Made by a program: the position numbers and the translations under genes
Notes under the pieces: model-generated
The model's database searches: none
Seen by the model: only the letters and a program-made list of their open reading frames with translations
What the model was told of the DNA's origin: nothing
IMG/VR virus record: IMGVR_UViG_3300035128_000113
Source: a virus
Length of the DNA: 64,000 nt
Strand: one strand, 5' to 3'
Shown: positions 47,635 through 58,180 of the stretch, piece after piece
Position numbering within the stretch: position 1 is the stretch's first letter
How the letters are laid out: each line of letters begins with the position of its first letter

Positions 47635-49005
47635 TTAGACTGAAAAATCATAACATATAGACCATAAATGTTCCACTCCGGTTAAAATTGTAGAGACTTT
47701 TTCCTTTGCTACTGCATAATCTGCCATGCCACGGAATAGTATTCTTTGGGCAAATTCTCGATTCCGTAGAACTTCAGTAGTAATACCGATAACTTCATTA
47801 TCATAGTCAATGCAATAATAAGCATCTTCACGAGATAGCTCTACAACTTCAACCGTAAATGTAGACAATATTAGAAAATCAATAAATTCTTCATCAATCT
47901 CATCAGACTTCCACTTTGCCATATCCCCTATTAACTTATAGTATAAACCTACAACGTATCTCAGCACTGTACTCTGAACCTCTGTTAGCTCACTGTCATG
48001 GATATTTCGCACAACTTGTACTGAATAATCTTTTTCTAAGTCTGAAACCGCTGGAACTTTCGACTTTTTTAATACCTCTTTTGCCCTACCGCCGACAATG
48101 ACAGGCACCTTGCCTGCCCTCCGAACAACCGAGGACTCTTCTTCTGAACTAACTGGAACTGCGTCCTCACCGTGGTCTTCTTGAAAATACTTACCAAGTC
48201 TTTCGTGACTACCATCGGATAAATTTGGAAAAGTACATTCAGGCTTGTCTTTAAGAATCAAATCATAAACTACCCGGGACTTAGACTGTCGTTCATAATG
48301 GGAGAGTACCTGCCCGGCTTCCCACTTCACGTCAAAATCCGGTAACATATTCCTATCACGATCAAGAGTAAGATTATTCAAATCGTAACCATAATCGAAA
48401 TCATCTCTTGTTTGAACATATATTCCCTTAGAATATATCATTCCCGAGAACCGTTTGTCTAAAATCAATGTACCCATTGGAGCTTTATGGAACTTGTCAA
48501 CTGGGATTGTCTCTTCTATAAGTGGTAAAAATTTAATTTTGTATTCTTCCCAAACATCCGGGAGAATACTTATACCTACAAGGACTTCTTGAGTATAACG
48601 TTCATTGACTGGTTTTTGCGTTAAACAAAATAAATCTCTATTGATAACAAACCCATTAAGACTCCTTACCATCTCGAAAGAAGGCTCCCATGAATAATCT
48701 CCTGATTTCACCCAAACCTTTATACCAGCTCTGCATAAAGCCAGTAACCCTAATGCCAATCCCTCCCCGTGCTTTCCACGCAAACCCTTGATTTCCCTCT
48801 TTCCGGACTCACCTAACAAAAACGAATCCGCGCCAATTTCGTCTCCCATAGTACGAATATACAAAGTGTCGTTCTCATAGAACACCTTCATTTCAGCCCC
48901 TTGGTCGAGCTCGTCTAGGGAGTTTTGTAACAGCTCCCTTAGCCCCTCCCATAAGCCCCAACTCATCGCGTAATCAGGAGTCATAGTAAAAAATAATTTT
49001 TCCAT
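47635..49005 (-). CDS. GHKL (HATPase_c) ATPase-domain protein
   Basis: LRELLQNSLDE, LLGESGK, GKHGEGL. Confidence 0.8.
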   Translation of the reverse strand: MEKLFFTMTPDYAMSWGLWEGLRELLQNSLDELDQGAEMKVFYENDTLYIRTMGDEIGADSFLLGESGKREIKGLRGKHGEGLALGLLALCRAGIKVWVKSGDYSWEPSFEMVRSLNGFVINRDLFCLTQKPVNERYTQEVLVGISILPDVWEEYKIKFLPLIEETIPVDKFHKAPMGTLILDKRFSGMIYSKGIYVQTRDDFDYGYDLNNLTLDRDRNMLPDFDVKWEAGQVLSHYERQSKSRVVYDLILKDKPECTFPNLSDGSHERLGKYFQEDHGEDAVPVSSEEESSVVRRAGKVPVIVGGRAKEVLKKSKVPAVSDLEKDYSVQVVRNIHDSELTEVQSTVLRYVVGLYYKLIGDMAKWKSDEIDEEFIDFLILSTFTVEVVELSREDAYYCIDYDNEVIGITTEVLRNREFAQRILFRGMADYAVAKEKVSTILTGVEHLWSICYDFSV

Positions 49006-49111
49006 TCGATACCTTCCTGGGGATGCAGCTCTCCGTCTGCCTATACCCTGCAATAGACCTAATAAACTCTATTTACTTTACACAAACCCTAATAAAGTTT
49101 CATGTACAGTA

Positions 49112-49139
49112 ATTGTAATTGAAGGTGATGTTTTGTCAA
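49112..49139 (-). promoter_or_regulatory. sigma70-type promoter
   Basis: TTGACA-16 nt-TACAAT. Confidence 0.65.
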
Positions 49140-49145
49140 GAAGTG

Positions 49146-49619
49146 CTACTTAGATACTTTTATTACTTGTGTAGCTCCGACCATGATCCCAGAAGTTACC
49201 ACAACCCCAACCGTAAACCATACTGCTGGGTGCTTCCACCATGGACTCTTAGACCTCTTTAGCTTGTCATTCTCTTCCCATGCCCCCTCAAGTGCTTTGA
49301 GAGACCCCTCCAAGCTTAAATATAGCATCTCCATGTGCCCATGCTCGACCGTCTCTAGACTTACAGCTTTATTAAGCGAGTTTTCACTTAACTTTAGACT
49401 CTCTTCAAGTAGCTGAATCTTTTTCTTGAGAAGGGGTACGGTTTCTACATCGCTTAAAATCCTATTGCTCATCTCATCAGGAAACCATACCCCGGACTTC
49501 CCGTTAAACTCCAACCTTACGGATTGAGCGCTCGCCGACAGACTAACCGTACAGGCTATTAAAGCGATTAACAACTTCTGACGGCTCAAGCTGCTTGACT
49601 TCATTTTTAACCCTCTCAA
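49146..49619 (-). CDS. membrane-anchored coiled-coil protein, spanin-like
   Basis: Signal peptide + coiled coil + C-terminal TM. Confidence 0.45.
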   Translation of the reverse strand: MRGLKMKSSSLSRQKLLIALIACTVSLSASAQSVRLEFNGKSGVWFPDEMSNRILSDVETVPLLKKKIQLLEESLKLSENSLNKAVSLETVEHGHMEMLYLSLEGSLKALEGAWEENDKLKRSKSPWWKHPAVWFTVGVVVTSGIMVGATQVIKVSK

Positions 49620-49893
49620 TCTTCCTGTCGATTTTCTCGACTTCTTCTTTAATGATTTTTACTTCAATAGAGTCTTTTTTAATGTCTTCTATATATAGTT
49701 TACGAATGGCTTCTATGTTCTTTTTATCACTCTGAAGCTTTTCCATCTCCTTTGTAAGCTCTATGCCTCTAATTTTGCTTTTCTCATGGGATACGGCAAA
49801 CAACATGGCTATAACCCCACCAGCGGCAACAGCTATTAACACCACATTCTTTTTTACCCAAGAAAAAGCTGACTTAATCCAGCTTAAGAACAT
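49543..49893 (-). CDS. N-terminal TM + coiled-coil protein, i-spanin-like
   Basis: Single TM then coiled coil. Confidence 0.45.
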   Translation of the reverse strand: MFLSWIKSAFSWVKKNVVLIAVAAGGVIAMLFAVSHEKSKIRGIELTKEMEKLQSDKKNIEAIRKLYIEDIKKDSIEVKIIKEEVEKIDRKIERVKNEVKQLEPSEVVNRFNSLYG

Positions 49894-50323
49894 CTTTACC
49901 TCCTATATCCAAATCAACATCGTATCTCTTTTTTGCCCATTGCTTTACAATGTCATATCCGATTATAGCAAAACATGCGCATGCACTAAAATATAATACT
50001 CTGTGCCCTAGAGAGATTACTCCCGGAGCGACCTCACTTTGGACTATGCATCCAATCAGAGCGCTTAGCCCTATGAGAGTTAGCGGGAAAACTCTCCGTA
50101 TCCAGAAAACCACTCGGTATTTTCGAGCATATTCCGAGGTTAGAACCCTGGTTTTCACCGTCTGCGCTGTTACCGATACCACGAGAGTGTAAAATATTCC
50201 TATCCAATGCGGCCAAATAGACTCCGACACAAACTCCCAAGCTTCCTTGAACGTTTCCATGACTCCTCCTGAATTTTTAGCTGAAAAAAAGATGCCCTCT
50301 TGTGGGGTGTTAGCGAGAACCAC
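49874..50323 (-). CDS. three-TM membrane protein, holin-like
   Basis: Three hydrophobic segments; charged C-terminus. Confidence 0.5.
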   Translation of the reverse strand: MVLANTPQEGIFFSAKNSGGVMETFKEAWEFVSESIWPHWIGIFYTLVVSVTAQTVKTRVLTSEYARKYRVVFWIRRVFPLTLIGLSALIGCIVQSEVAPGVISLGHRVLYFSACACFAIIGYDIVKQWAKKRYDVDLDIGGKDVLKLD

Positions 50324-50356
50324 AAGAGGGCCATGGCTTAGAGGTGACTCTTTATA

Positions 50357-50746
50357 CTATGCATCCGGCTTGTATGCAAGCGTAATCGACACACCATCTA
50401 CCGCAGGGGTATCCCCATCGGCATAGACGGTGATGGTGCAGCCCGCGGCTGCAATCCCCGCAAGCGCTTCGTAGGGAATACGGTCGGAAAGTCGCCGGAT
50501 GGTGTTCGGAGACCCCGAATAGGGGCAGGACCCCTGAATTTGAATTTCATCCGCCTGTGCCGGATCCCCGACCTGGAACGCTTTCGTGGTGTTATTCCAG
50601 TACTCATTGGCTGTCAGCTCTTGAATCTTCATGAAATAGGCTTTGCTTTGATTGACCTCTGCCTGAACCACCCCGGGAGTTCCGGAGTTTGTCCCTGCCT
50701 GCGAAGCCCCTGCAAACACATTGTAACCAACTTTTAATACACTCAT
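50357..50746 (-). CDS. hypothetical (probable virion) protein
   Basis: 129-aa ORF with AGGAGG RBS. Confidence 0.55.
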   Translation of the reverse strand: MSVLKVGYNVFAGASQAGTNSGTPGVVQAEVNQSKAYFMKIQELTANEYWNNTTKAFQVGDPAQADEIQIQGSCPYSGSPNTIRRLSDRIPYEALAGIAAAGCTITVYADGDTPAVDGVSITLAYKPDA

Positions 50747-50755
50747 TTGCTCCTC

Positions 50756-51286
50756 CTACAGAACATACGCTGAGGTCAAAGCCGCCGCCGTATGGAGGTT
50801 GTATTTAGCTTTGACAGAATTTACTCTCGTGATCAACGTCGCGAGATCTGTTGCTGCGGACCCACCCACCGCATTGGTGGTATCATTATTGAGATGCACA
50901 CCTGCCTGGGTCAAATGCGCATCAAAATCCGTCGCCAACTCATTCACCAATGCGAGACCCGTCGCAAGGTCTGTCGCCGCCGGCGCCGCGATGGCATTAG
51001 TCGTATCAGCCGTTGCATGTGCCCCAGCTTGACCGGTGGAGACAAAATGCGCCACGATCTTTCGCCTCAAAGAATTCACCAACTCGATGGCCGAAGCGAG
51101 AGTTACGGCCGCGTCTGCACGGCCCTCCAATGCTCCGTCATCGATGCCCTGGTGATATAGAGTGGCTCCCGCCGCTAAATTCACCATGTCGTTTCGGGCA
51201 TCCTGCAACCACTGATGAAGCTTCTTTGTAGCTACACCACTGGCAGACACTGCAAGAATGTCCCTTTTACTCATTGTACTGGCCAT
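50756..51286 (-). CDS. Ala-rich virion protein with internal repeat
   Basis: H...DTTNA...ATDLAT repeated twice. Confidence 0.55.
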   Translation of the reverse strand: MASTMSKRDILAVSASGVATKKLHQWLQDARNDMVNLAAGATLYHQGIDDGALEGRADAAVTLASAIELVNSLRRKIVAHFVSTGQAGAHATADTTNAIAAPAATDLATGLALVNELATDFDAHLTQAGVHLNNDTTNAVGGSAATDLATLITRVNSVKAKYNLHTAAALTSAYVL

Positions 51287-51332
51287 GCATTTCCTCCTTA
51301 CGCCCCGTTAGCCCGGGGCAACAGCTTTTGGC

Positions 51333-53207
51333 CTAGACTCCCGTCATGTCTATGTAACCATAACCTATATCCACTTGCTGTGTCAGCTTATTCTGAATTC
51401 TTACCTGATCTGTACCCTCAGGGTATACATTTACGTGCCCAGCTTCGTTTTCATTGATCGAAAAATACCCACTGTTTCCGCTTATCATCTCAAACAAGGT
51501 ATCATTTTCTTCAGTCCGAAACAAAGCCACATGCTTACCCTGCATGACATGATGAAGTCTAACGGCTAAAAAACCCATCCTACGCGTAAAAACTCTTTCC
51601 TGATCAACAATATAGGTCTGCAACTCCCTGGTAAGATTGAAGTCTTTCGCATGTACCATCAAAGGGTCAACAATTACTTCATTTGTCCAGTCACCTATTG
51701 TCCACGCAGTATAGGAAAAAGCGTGGTACATTAGGCGAAAACCCCCTTCAATAAACCGAACAAGAAAACTCGCCGAAATAGGTGCGACCGAAGTGAACTC
51801 CCCAGTAGCCCGATCATATGAAGTGTTCAATGTCCACCAAATCTCGCTATCATTATAATGTATCTGGGAATAATACCCTGCATCCACACCGAACATCTTC
51901 ATGGGATTAGCCCCCAACACAGTGGGGTCACCCAAAAGATGCGCGTCATCCTCTAGTTGGAGAAAAGAACCCTCCTTAAGAGCTAGGGTATTGTGGACCG
52001 CTATTTCACCCCCCTTAAAAATCGGTCCGGAGGAAGCAAACTGAGTTTCAGAATCCCACGTATCGTCATCTAGATATGCAAGACCTAAATCTGCTCCCGG
52101 GGTGTTATCCGACCCGTACTTCACAAACCCCTCGGTGTCAAACCAAACAGGATACGTTGTGCTCGTACCTACAAAGACATGTCCATCAGCTTCTAGATAC
52201 CCGCCCTTCACTAGAATGAACCTGCCCTGCCACTGGTAGATGCTGAACGTGGCACTATCCACCTCCGCATCGCTTTTCCTCCCCATATTCCGCCAAACCA
52301 ACATGGGTAAAGAGGTATAAAAGTCGGTGCCCCCCAACCCAGACTTAACCTGAGAGGCTCCCGCCGGGAAGCAAAACCACGGTAGAATGACGTCTGAAAC
52401 ACTGCGCTCAATATAACCAATATTCAAATAACGAACCCCAGTAGAATACGGGTCGGGAGTGCTCGGGGAGACGCCCCCTTCTGCAACCCGAACGCACGAC
52501 CTCAATTTACTGCGATGCGATGGCTCCAACCCCAAAGCTGGATTCAATAAATCGGTATCTTCTTCAGCGTTTATGTCGTCAAACCATGCCTGGATGTAAA
52601 CCTGATCAACCCGAACAGTGCCCGGTGTGGTAAGCGCCGGAGGCAGCATAAGATAGGTGTCGCCGGGTGCTATTGTGCCGGTACCCCCACTCAACGTTAG
52701 GGTGGTGGCATTCACCAAAGCCGATATAACGAAATCATTGCCGCTCTCAGTACCCGAAGTCATTCGGATTCGACAATTCACCACATTCATAAAAGACGAA
52801 TAGAATGTGTGCTCATCTACGATGTTGCCCCCTCCAATCGATGAAACCGTACCCTCCATCATATAGTTATCAGAGGAATCGTAATCAATGTCTCCGGGCT
52901 CGCTGACCCCATGTTGAGAAGGCACAATAACCCCATCAACACAAGCAAGCCCTCCGGAAATGGTGAAATTGTTCGAAGCCCCTGTACCCGTGATAACAAA
53001 GCCTGGAGTATCACTCGAAGCTCCTGCTGCAAGCCGGCAATTCCCAAGAGCTACAATATTCTGCCGGATTTCTCGCAAACGAATAATGTCCTGAAGCTCA
53101 TTCCAATCCGCATCGGTAATAGGAACGCCTTGTTGAAGTACGACTTTTGCATACTCCTTGATAAAGTTGAAAGTATCGTCACTTATGTTTGGAACATTGC
53201 CTGGCAT
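51333..53207 (-). CDS. DUF6519-type tail/baseplate-fibre protein
   Basis: VVLQQGVPITDADWNE; VRVDQVYIQAW. Confidence 0.7.
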   Translation of the reverse strand: MPGNVPNISDDTFNFIKEYAKVVLQQGVPITDADWNELQDIIRLREIRQNIVALGNCRLAAGASSDTPGFVITGTGASNNFTISGGLACVDGVIVPSQHGVSEPGDIDYDSSDNYMMEGTVSSIGGGNIVDEHTFYSSFMNVVNCRIRMTSGTESGNDFVISALVNATTLTLSGGTGTIAPGDTYLMLPPALTTPGTVRVDQVYIQAWFDDINAEEDTDLLNPALGLEPSHRSKLRSCVRVAEGGVSPSTPDPYSTGVRYLNIGYIERSVSDVILPWFCFPAGASQVKSGLGGTDFYTSLPMLVWRNMGRKSDAEVDSATFSIYQWQGRFILVKGGYLEADGHVFVGTSTTYPVWFDTEGFVKYGSDNTPGADLGLAYLDDDTWDSETQFASSGPIFKGGEIAVHNTLALKEGSFLQLEDDAHLLGDPTVLGANPMKMFGVDAGYYSQIHYNDSEIWWTLNTSYDRATGEFTSVAPISASFLVRFIEGGFRLMYHAFSYTAWTIGDWTNEVIVDPLMVHAKDFNLTRELQTYIVDQERVFTRRMGFLAVRLHHVMQGKHVALFRTEENDTLFEMISGNSGYFSINENEAGHVNVYPEGTDQVRIQNKLTQQVDIGYGYIDMTGV

Positions 53208-53218
53208 TATGCCTCCTC

Positions 53219-53743
53219 CTACTGGGTAACAAACTCAATTCTGACTTTTCGTTGAATTTCAAAACCTGACGTTTTGTCAATCCTATCATGCACAATCCAA
53301 TTCACCATTTCGCCGGTATCCAAAGTGGATGTGGCCGTTCCCCCGAACAGACCGAATTCTCGCATGGTGCCGTTGGCCGCCGAATACCCGATGATAACGG
53401 TGATCTCTAACTTATTGGTGGGACTCCCTGCTGGTGACCCAGTACTCGGGTCAATAAAAATGATTTCCCCTTGGGGAATCGTCAACCGATAATACTCTGC
53501 CTCTAGAGTGCTTTGGGCGTAGCTCTGAACCGGCGGGGTGGTGTCCCAGCCCGGCAACCCTGTACCAATCCCCATAAACCCTATACGTCCGTATCCCGAC
53601 TCTTCTCGCGCCCAACAAGCCAACAACGTCCGAAAAGAATTCTGTATCTGGTTAAACCCCCAGACAAACTCGCCGGCTCTCCCCGGGGTGACCTGCCCGT
53701 TCGAATACCGATAAACATCCTGCCATCGACCTACAATTTTCAT
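53219..53743 (-). CDS. baseplate/tail-collar-like structural protein
   Basis: GIGTG...LEAE..R...MREFGLFGG...IDK. Confidence 0.65.
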   Translation of the reverse strand: MKIVGRWQDVYRYSNGQVTPGRAGEFVWGFNQIQNSFRTLLACWAREESGYGRIGFMGIGTGLPGWDTTPPVQSYAQSTLEAEYYRLTIPQGEIIFIDPSTGSPAGSPTNKLEITVIIGYSAANGTMREFGLFGGTATSTLDTGEMVNWIVHDRIDKTSGFEIQRKVRIEFVTQ

Positions 53744-53763
53744 TACGACCTCTTTTCAGCCCT

Positions 53764-54999
53764 CTAGGGGGGATAATCAAAGCTTAGATAACTGTGCCAT
53801 ACCCGACTTTCATCGGTGTTTGTTAAGCACATATCGTGATTAGACATGAACATAAATAAATCGGGGGAATACGGGGCATCTTCTTCGTCCAACTCAGCGC
53901 TCACGCTACGCTCTATAAACGCAATGAGGGGTTCCAAAGCTTCGTCAAGTACCCAGTCCGCTAGATACTCTTCTTCCGATATCGGGACAATCCGGACCTC
54001 GTAGACTACGTAACTGGCTTTCCCCCACTCGATGAGAAATAGGATTCGATCCCACATTTCTTGGGTGAACGGACCGGTAACCCCGGGTATCTCCGTCAAA
54101 TAAAATCCCAACCCGGTATAAGACTGCCACCTAGAGGGGTCGTTCGTATACCGAAGGAGGTCACCGACTCCGCCTACATCGGCCAATAAATCAGGATCAG
54201 TTAAATCCGGAGTGGTGCTATAGGCACTGTTCGACCAAAAAAGGTACTTCCACCCTGAAGTGAGAGTAAACTCCCAATCTGTAACAGATGCAAAAAGCTG
54301 GCTATACCCATACTCAGTGCCTAACCGCTTATACGTCTCAACAGCATTCGCCGAGTCCCGCCTTTTATGAACCCCTCCAGCTTGAATCCAGGTAGGCCAC
54401 CCAATCTTGCTGTCCGCTATCGGAAGTAAATCTTCATGAACATCATAGATAGAGAACAGAGTCTTTAAGTACTCACAATCGGTCTTGAGATTGTCCGCAA
54501 CCGCGCCAAACATCTCAACAAAGTTGTACAAATCTTGGGTTTCATCATGAGACCTCCATCCCCTAGGAAGGCTCATATACATCGACTTCGCACTCCCCCA
54601 CCGCTCATAGGGGTAAGCCGAATCCATTTCAGCTCGACTTGAATACCAAATCCCATCGGTACCCAAAAGAAACAGCCGATAGTAGTAGTCCTTGCCCGCG
54701 ACCAAGTCTGGGTCCAAGAAGGAATACTCAGTAGACCCCAAATCCACTACATCGGAAATTACAAAGACATTCGTATCATCGACCGCCTGCGGCCATTCGT
54801 TGCTCTTGCGAAGAATCGTAAACCTTCGCGACCACTGGGGGCTATCAGCCGCATCAGGAGTGGTTAGAGTAACCTTTATGGTGTACCCTTGGGACATAGC
54901 AACCACCCTAAACTGGAATTCTCCGAATCCTTCATCTAAAGTAGGCCCTATCCCACCCCAGTAATCTAGGCCCCAATACTGAACGCCCCATCCGAGCAA
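53764..54999 (-). CDS. baseplate wedge (P2 gpI-like) protein
   Basis: LLPIADSKIGW...AVETYKRLGT; N-terminal FN3-like segment. Confidence 0.65.
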   Translation of the reverse strand: MLGWGVQYWGLDYWGGIGPTLDEGFGEFQFRVVAMSQGYTIKVTLTTPDAADSPQWSRRFTILRKSNEWPQAVDDTNVFVISDVVDLGSTEYSFLDPDLVAGKDYYYRLFLLGTDGIWYSSRAEMDSAYPYERWGSAKSMYMSLPRGWRSHDETQDLYNFVEMFGAVADNLKTDCEYLKTLFSIYDVHEDLLPIADSKIGWPTWIQAGGVHKRRDSANAVETYKRLGTEYGYSQLFASVTDWEFTLTSGWKYLFWSNSAYSTTPDLTDPDLLADVGGVGDLLRYTNDPSRWQSYTGLGFYLTEIPGVTGPFTQEMWDRILFLIEWGKASYVVYEVRIVPISEEEYLADWVLDEALEPLIAFIERSVSAELDEEDAPYSPDLFMFMSNHDMCLTNTDESRVWHSYLSFDYPP

Positions 55000-55000
55000 T

Positions 55001-55528
55001 TCAACCTCCTACTTTGCGCATAACGTTGGGTACATTTTTAGCGTCTTCTTGAACACTGGCCGTTATCAGCCCCAATCCCATAAGGAAAGCGACCTCCTTA
55101 GCATTAATCAGGTTATCACACCATTCATACTTTATCGGCTCTATGTCCAACTCTATTTCTTTATTCCCGAGCGTTTTCAAGTTTTCTTGGTGCTTAACAA
55201 ACTCCTGAAACTCAGATGCGTACTCCTCCCGGAGACTTTCCTGCTCCCGTGCAAATGTTCCCTTCGCCTCCTCTGGGACTTCATACCTACGAAACCCATT
55301 AACTTCTTCCACGACAGACCCGTGTTTCATAACCAGACCCTGAGCTCTATCCTGAAATCTCTTTGCTCCATCAGACGGTTTTCTGGCTTCGTTTAATGCA
55401 TCAACGAATGGTTTAAATTTACAAATCCTAACTGCAAATTCCCACCGCGAAACCTCATCTGTTGTGTTTCCGAGCTTATCAAACACTGCGCTAACTGCTG
55501 CCAATTGATTATTTGTAACTACTGTCAT
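55001..55528 (-). CDS. helical hypothetical protein (possible chaperone)
   Basis: 175-aa ORF. Confidence 0.5.
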   Translation of the reverse strand: MTVVTNNQLAAVSAVFDKLGNTTDEVSRWEFAVRICKFKPFVDALNEARKPSDGAKRFQDRAQGLVMKHGSVVEEVNGFRRYEVPEEAKGTFAREQESLREEYASEFQEFVKHQENLKTLGNKEIELDIEPIKYEWCDNLINAKEVAFLMGLGLITASVQEDAKNVPNVMRKVGG

Positions 55529-56261
55529 GATGCCTCCTTTGATGACTGGTATACTTTATACTCTTTAGCTCATCTGGTATCCAATTCTTTTTGCCGTCAA
55601 TCGTGAACGTTGACAACTCTGCGTTCTTAGAATGGCCTACTATAGACTCCATAGGCCCATATGCCTTTATCCTAGGCAGCGCTTCCCAATTAGGCGTTTT
55701 AATTTTATGATGCTTCATTGACTCAAAGATTCTAATCGGCACTTGAGTATCGGCTTGAAAGTAATGGGTATTCATGGCGCGAATGGCCAGCTCAGCGGCT
55801 TTACGAGACATTAAATACGCCCCTAATGTCCTAGCAAACCTAACTTGTCCGTCCGGAAAAAGCCCTATACGATAACCCGGATGGTCTGGCCCGATAAGAT
55901 AGAAAAAGTCACAGGCTTCAGGAATATCCACCGATAAAATATCCTTAATAGGCATAGTGTCGTCTTCTACAAAGACTCCCCACTCTTCATCACTGTTTAA
56001 AAAGTGCTCCCATGCTTTAATGTGAGAAAGATTACAACCATAGGTAGTAGGAAACATTTCAAAATACTTCGTAGATGCATCGATGGGGAGTTCAGCCCAG
56101 CAAGGCTTGCCCATACGGTCCCACTCACCCGAAGCAAACTGCATACCGTCTACGGCGTCAATCCGTATCACTTTATCACCGAATAATGTGACAATATCTA
56201 TCCACCGCTTAGGCGACCGCTCAAGATTTATACACCGAACTTTAGCATGATTTATTTTCAT
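55509..56261 (-). CDS. glycosyltransferase family 25
   Basis: CINLERSPKR, RIDAVDG, GCNLSHIKAW, VFVEDD, GAYLMS..AA. Confidence 0.9.
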   Translation of the reverse strand: MKINHAKVRCINLERSPKRWIDIVTLFGDKVIRIDAVDGMQFASGEWDRMGKPCWAELPIDASTKYFEMFPTTYGCNLSHIKAWEHFLNSDEEWGVFVEDDTMPIKDILSVDIPEACDFFYLIGPDHPGYRIGLFPDGQVRFARTLGAYLMSRKAAELAIRAMNTHYFQADTQVPIRIFESMKHHKIKTPNWEALPRIKAYGPMESIVGHSKNAELSTFTIDGKKNWIPDELKSIKYTSHQRRHHDSSYK

Positions 56262-58172
56262 TTAACTACTCGCATTGTACGCCGTTTGAGCTATGACCAT
56301 TTCCGTAACATAAGCTACGTGGAAAATATTCGGATTCCCACTTGTTCCAGTAACTTCTATTGATAATCCAAACTCTCCGTCAACACCCCCCATATAAACC
56401 CCAATAGAAGACGCCCAAGTAGACCTATCATTGATGACTGTAGCCGCCGGCCCCCAATCCCAAGAGTTTACTGAACTATTCCAAAAAAGCACATGACGCT
56501 CTTGCACACGCACACCGGTACTCGTGTCTACCCCAGAAGATACTACTTTGACCTTAAAAGCCATAACCCTATTCTCTGAAAGTTTTATAGGATTATCGGT
56601 ACCCCCAGATACTAGCCGAAATGACGCCGTAGTATCTCCCGTGGTTTCACAAACCAGAACTAAATTATCTGCGACTTGAGCAGAACCTGTATCAGTACCT
56701 CGTCTAGAATAGGCGACAAACTGGGCTCCTGAAAATTCAGAATTCACATACCTACCGAATACGCTGGAATAATCATACGAAACAATGGAATCGGCAGCTA
56801 CCTTAAACCTTAAGGTGTCAGTTAACATGAAATCCGGAGACTGGTCTAGCGCTCCACTAGGAGCTCCGAAAACTATTTGGTCTTCTGCTAGACCCGAAAC
56901 ACTAAACCCCGTTGTCGACGCTTGAACAATGGCGTTAAGAATAGACACTTCACCAAAAGCGCTATAATAATCATCCATTTCAGTAAAGTCATCGATTAAG
57001 TAAACATAATCCCCAGGCCAAGATGGAGCTGCATAAATATCGGCATTCCAGAAAGTAATCTTACCCGTATTATTCTCACCTATTTGTATTCTGCCCTCAT
57101 CCACTGAAGCCCCGGCTTTACCCCTACACGACAATACTAGAGAGGCTCCTCCATGCGTCGACTCAGAAGAAATCCGTAGATACGACCACTCAGTACCCAT
57201 ACACCGGGATGAAACTCCGACTGTTGAGACATCTTCGGATACCGCCAATACAGATATTGAACTTGAATACCCCGAGCTATTCCATGCGTTAACGCCAACA
57301 TAGGTATCCGTTCCATCATATGCAGCTACCTCAACATAGCTACTTCCAGCGGTATAACCTGCTCTACTCCATAAATTAAGATTTGACCCTGCGTTATCGT
57401 CTGTCCCGATAGCCTCTACATAGAATGTGGCTGGGGCTCCTGAGGACTCCTTATAATGTGACAGATAAAACTCATAACAAGAGTCATCAACGTCATAGGT
57501 TTCAAAATAAAGCCCACCCCACATTTCATACAGGGTCACCCCAGGGTACCCATTAACCGTAACCGCAATCTCCCCGGTATTCCTTGACCACAACCCCGTC
57601 TCCGCATCCCCACCAAGCACTAAAGAAGGCCCCGCAAAAGTTCCTGCGGGAAGTGCTACTCTCTCGTCCAATGCAGGCTTCAGGTATACCCCGGAGCCCC
57701 CAATGAGACTGCCGGCAAACTGCTCCCAGTAGGTCGCCCCAATTCCCCCGATGCCGTCGTCGACTTTACGCATGAAATCCTGTAAGGCTGGGTCCCATCC
57801 CGCATAGGCATCGAACTCCTTGGTCTCTTTCGCGCTGGGTATTCGAACTTCCATGACTTCTGTCGTGAAAGCAACCCCGTTGGTCAAAATGGTTGCACCG
57901 TTATTCAGTGAGCACTGAACAATATACGTTCCAGCAAGACCTATATCCGGATTGAAACTCGCTATGGGTGACGTGGCGTTAACCATAGTCACCGTAGACC
58001 CTAATGGCCTCGAAACAAAAGACCAAAAATATTGGTTTACCCCAGTGTCATCAGTCAGCGAAAGATTAATCAAAGGAGAAGAACTTTCGATCACAGAATA
58101 GGGATGAATTTCACTTTCACCCGGACTGCCTAGAGGAAACCCTGTAACTTCGATATTGATTTTTGCAGCCAT
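56262..58172 (-). CDS. tail fibre/receptor-binding protein with N-terminal PKD-like domain
   Basis: YFWSFVSRP..S...ASFNPD..GTYIV; LPAGT...PSL...D.ETG. Confidence 0.7.
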   Translation of the reverse strand: MAAKINIEVTGFPLGSPGESEIHPYSVIESSSPLINLSLTDDTGVNQYFWSFVSRPLGSTVTMVNATSPIASFNPDIGLAGTYIVQCSLNNGATILTNGVAFTTEVMEVRIPSAKETKEFDAYAGWDPALQDFMRKVDDGIGGIGATYWEQFAGSLIGGSGVYLKPALDERVALPAGTFAGPSLVLGGDAETGLWSRNTGEIAVTVNGYPGVTLYEMWGGLYFETYDVDDSCYEFYLSHYKESSGAPATFYVEAIGTDDNAGSNLNLWSRAGYTAGSSYVEVAAYDGTDTYVGVNAWNSSGYSSSISVLAVSEDVSTVGVSSRCMGTEWSYLRISSESTHGGASLVLSCRGKAGASVDEGRIQIGENNTGKITFWNADIYAAPSWPGDYVYLIDDFTEMDDYYSAFGEVSILNAIVQASTTGFSVSGLAEDQIVFGAPSGALDQSPDFMLTDTLRFKVAADSIVSYDYSSVFGRYVNSEFSGAQFVAYSRRGTDTGSAQVADNLVLVCETTGDTTASFRLVSGGTDNPIKLSENRVMAFKVKVVSSGVDTSTGVRVQERHVLFWNSSVNSWDWGPAATVINDRSTWASSIGVYMGGVDGEFGLSIEVTGTSGNPNIFHVAYVTEMVIAQTAYNASS

Positions 58173-58180
58173 AGTATCAC

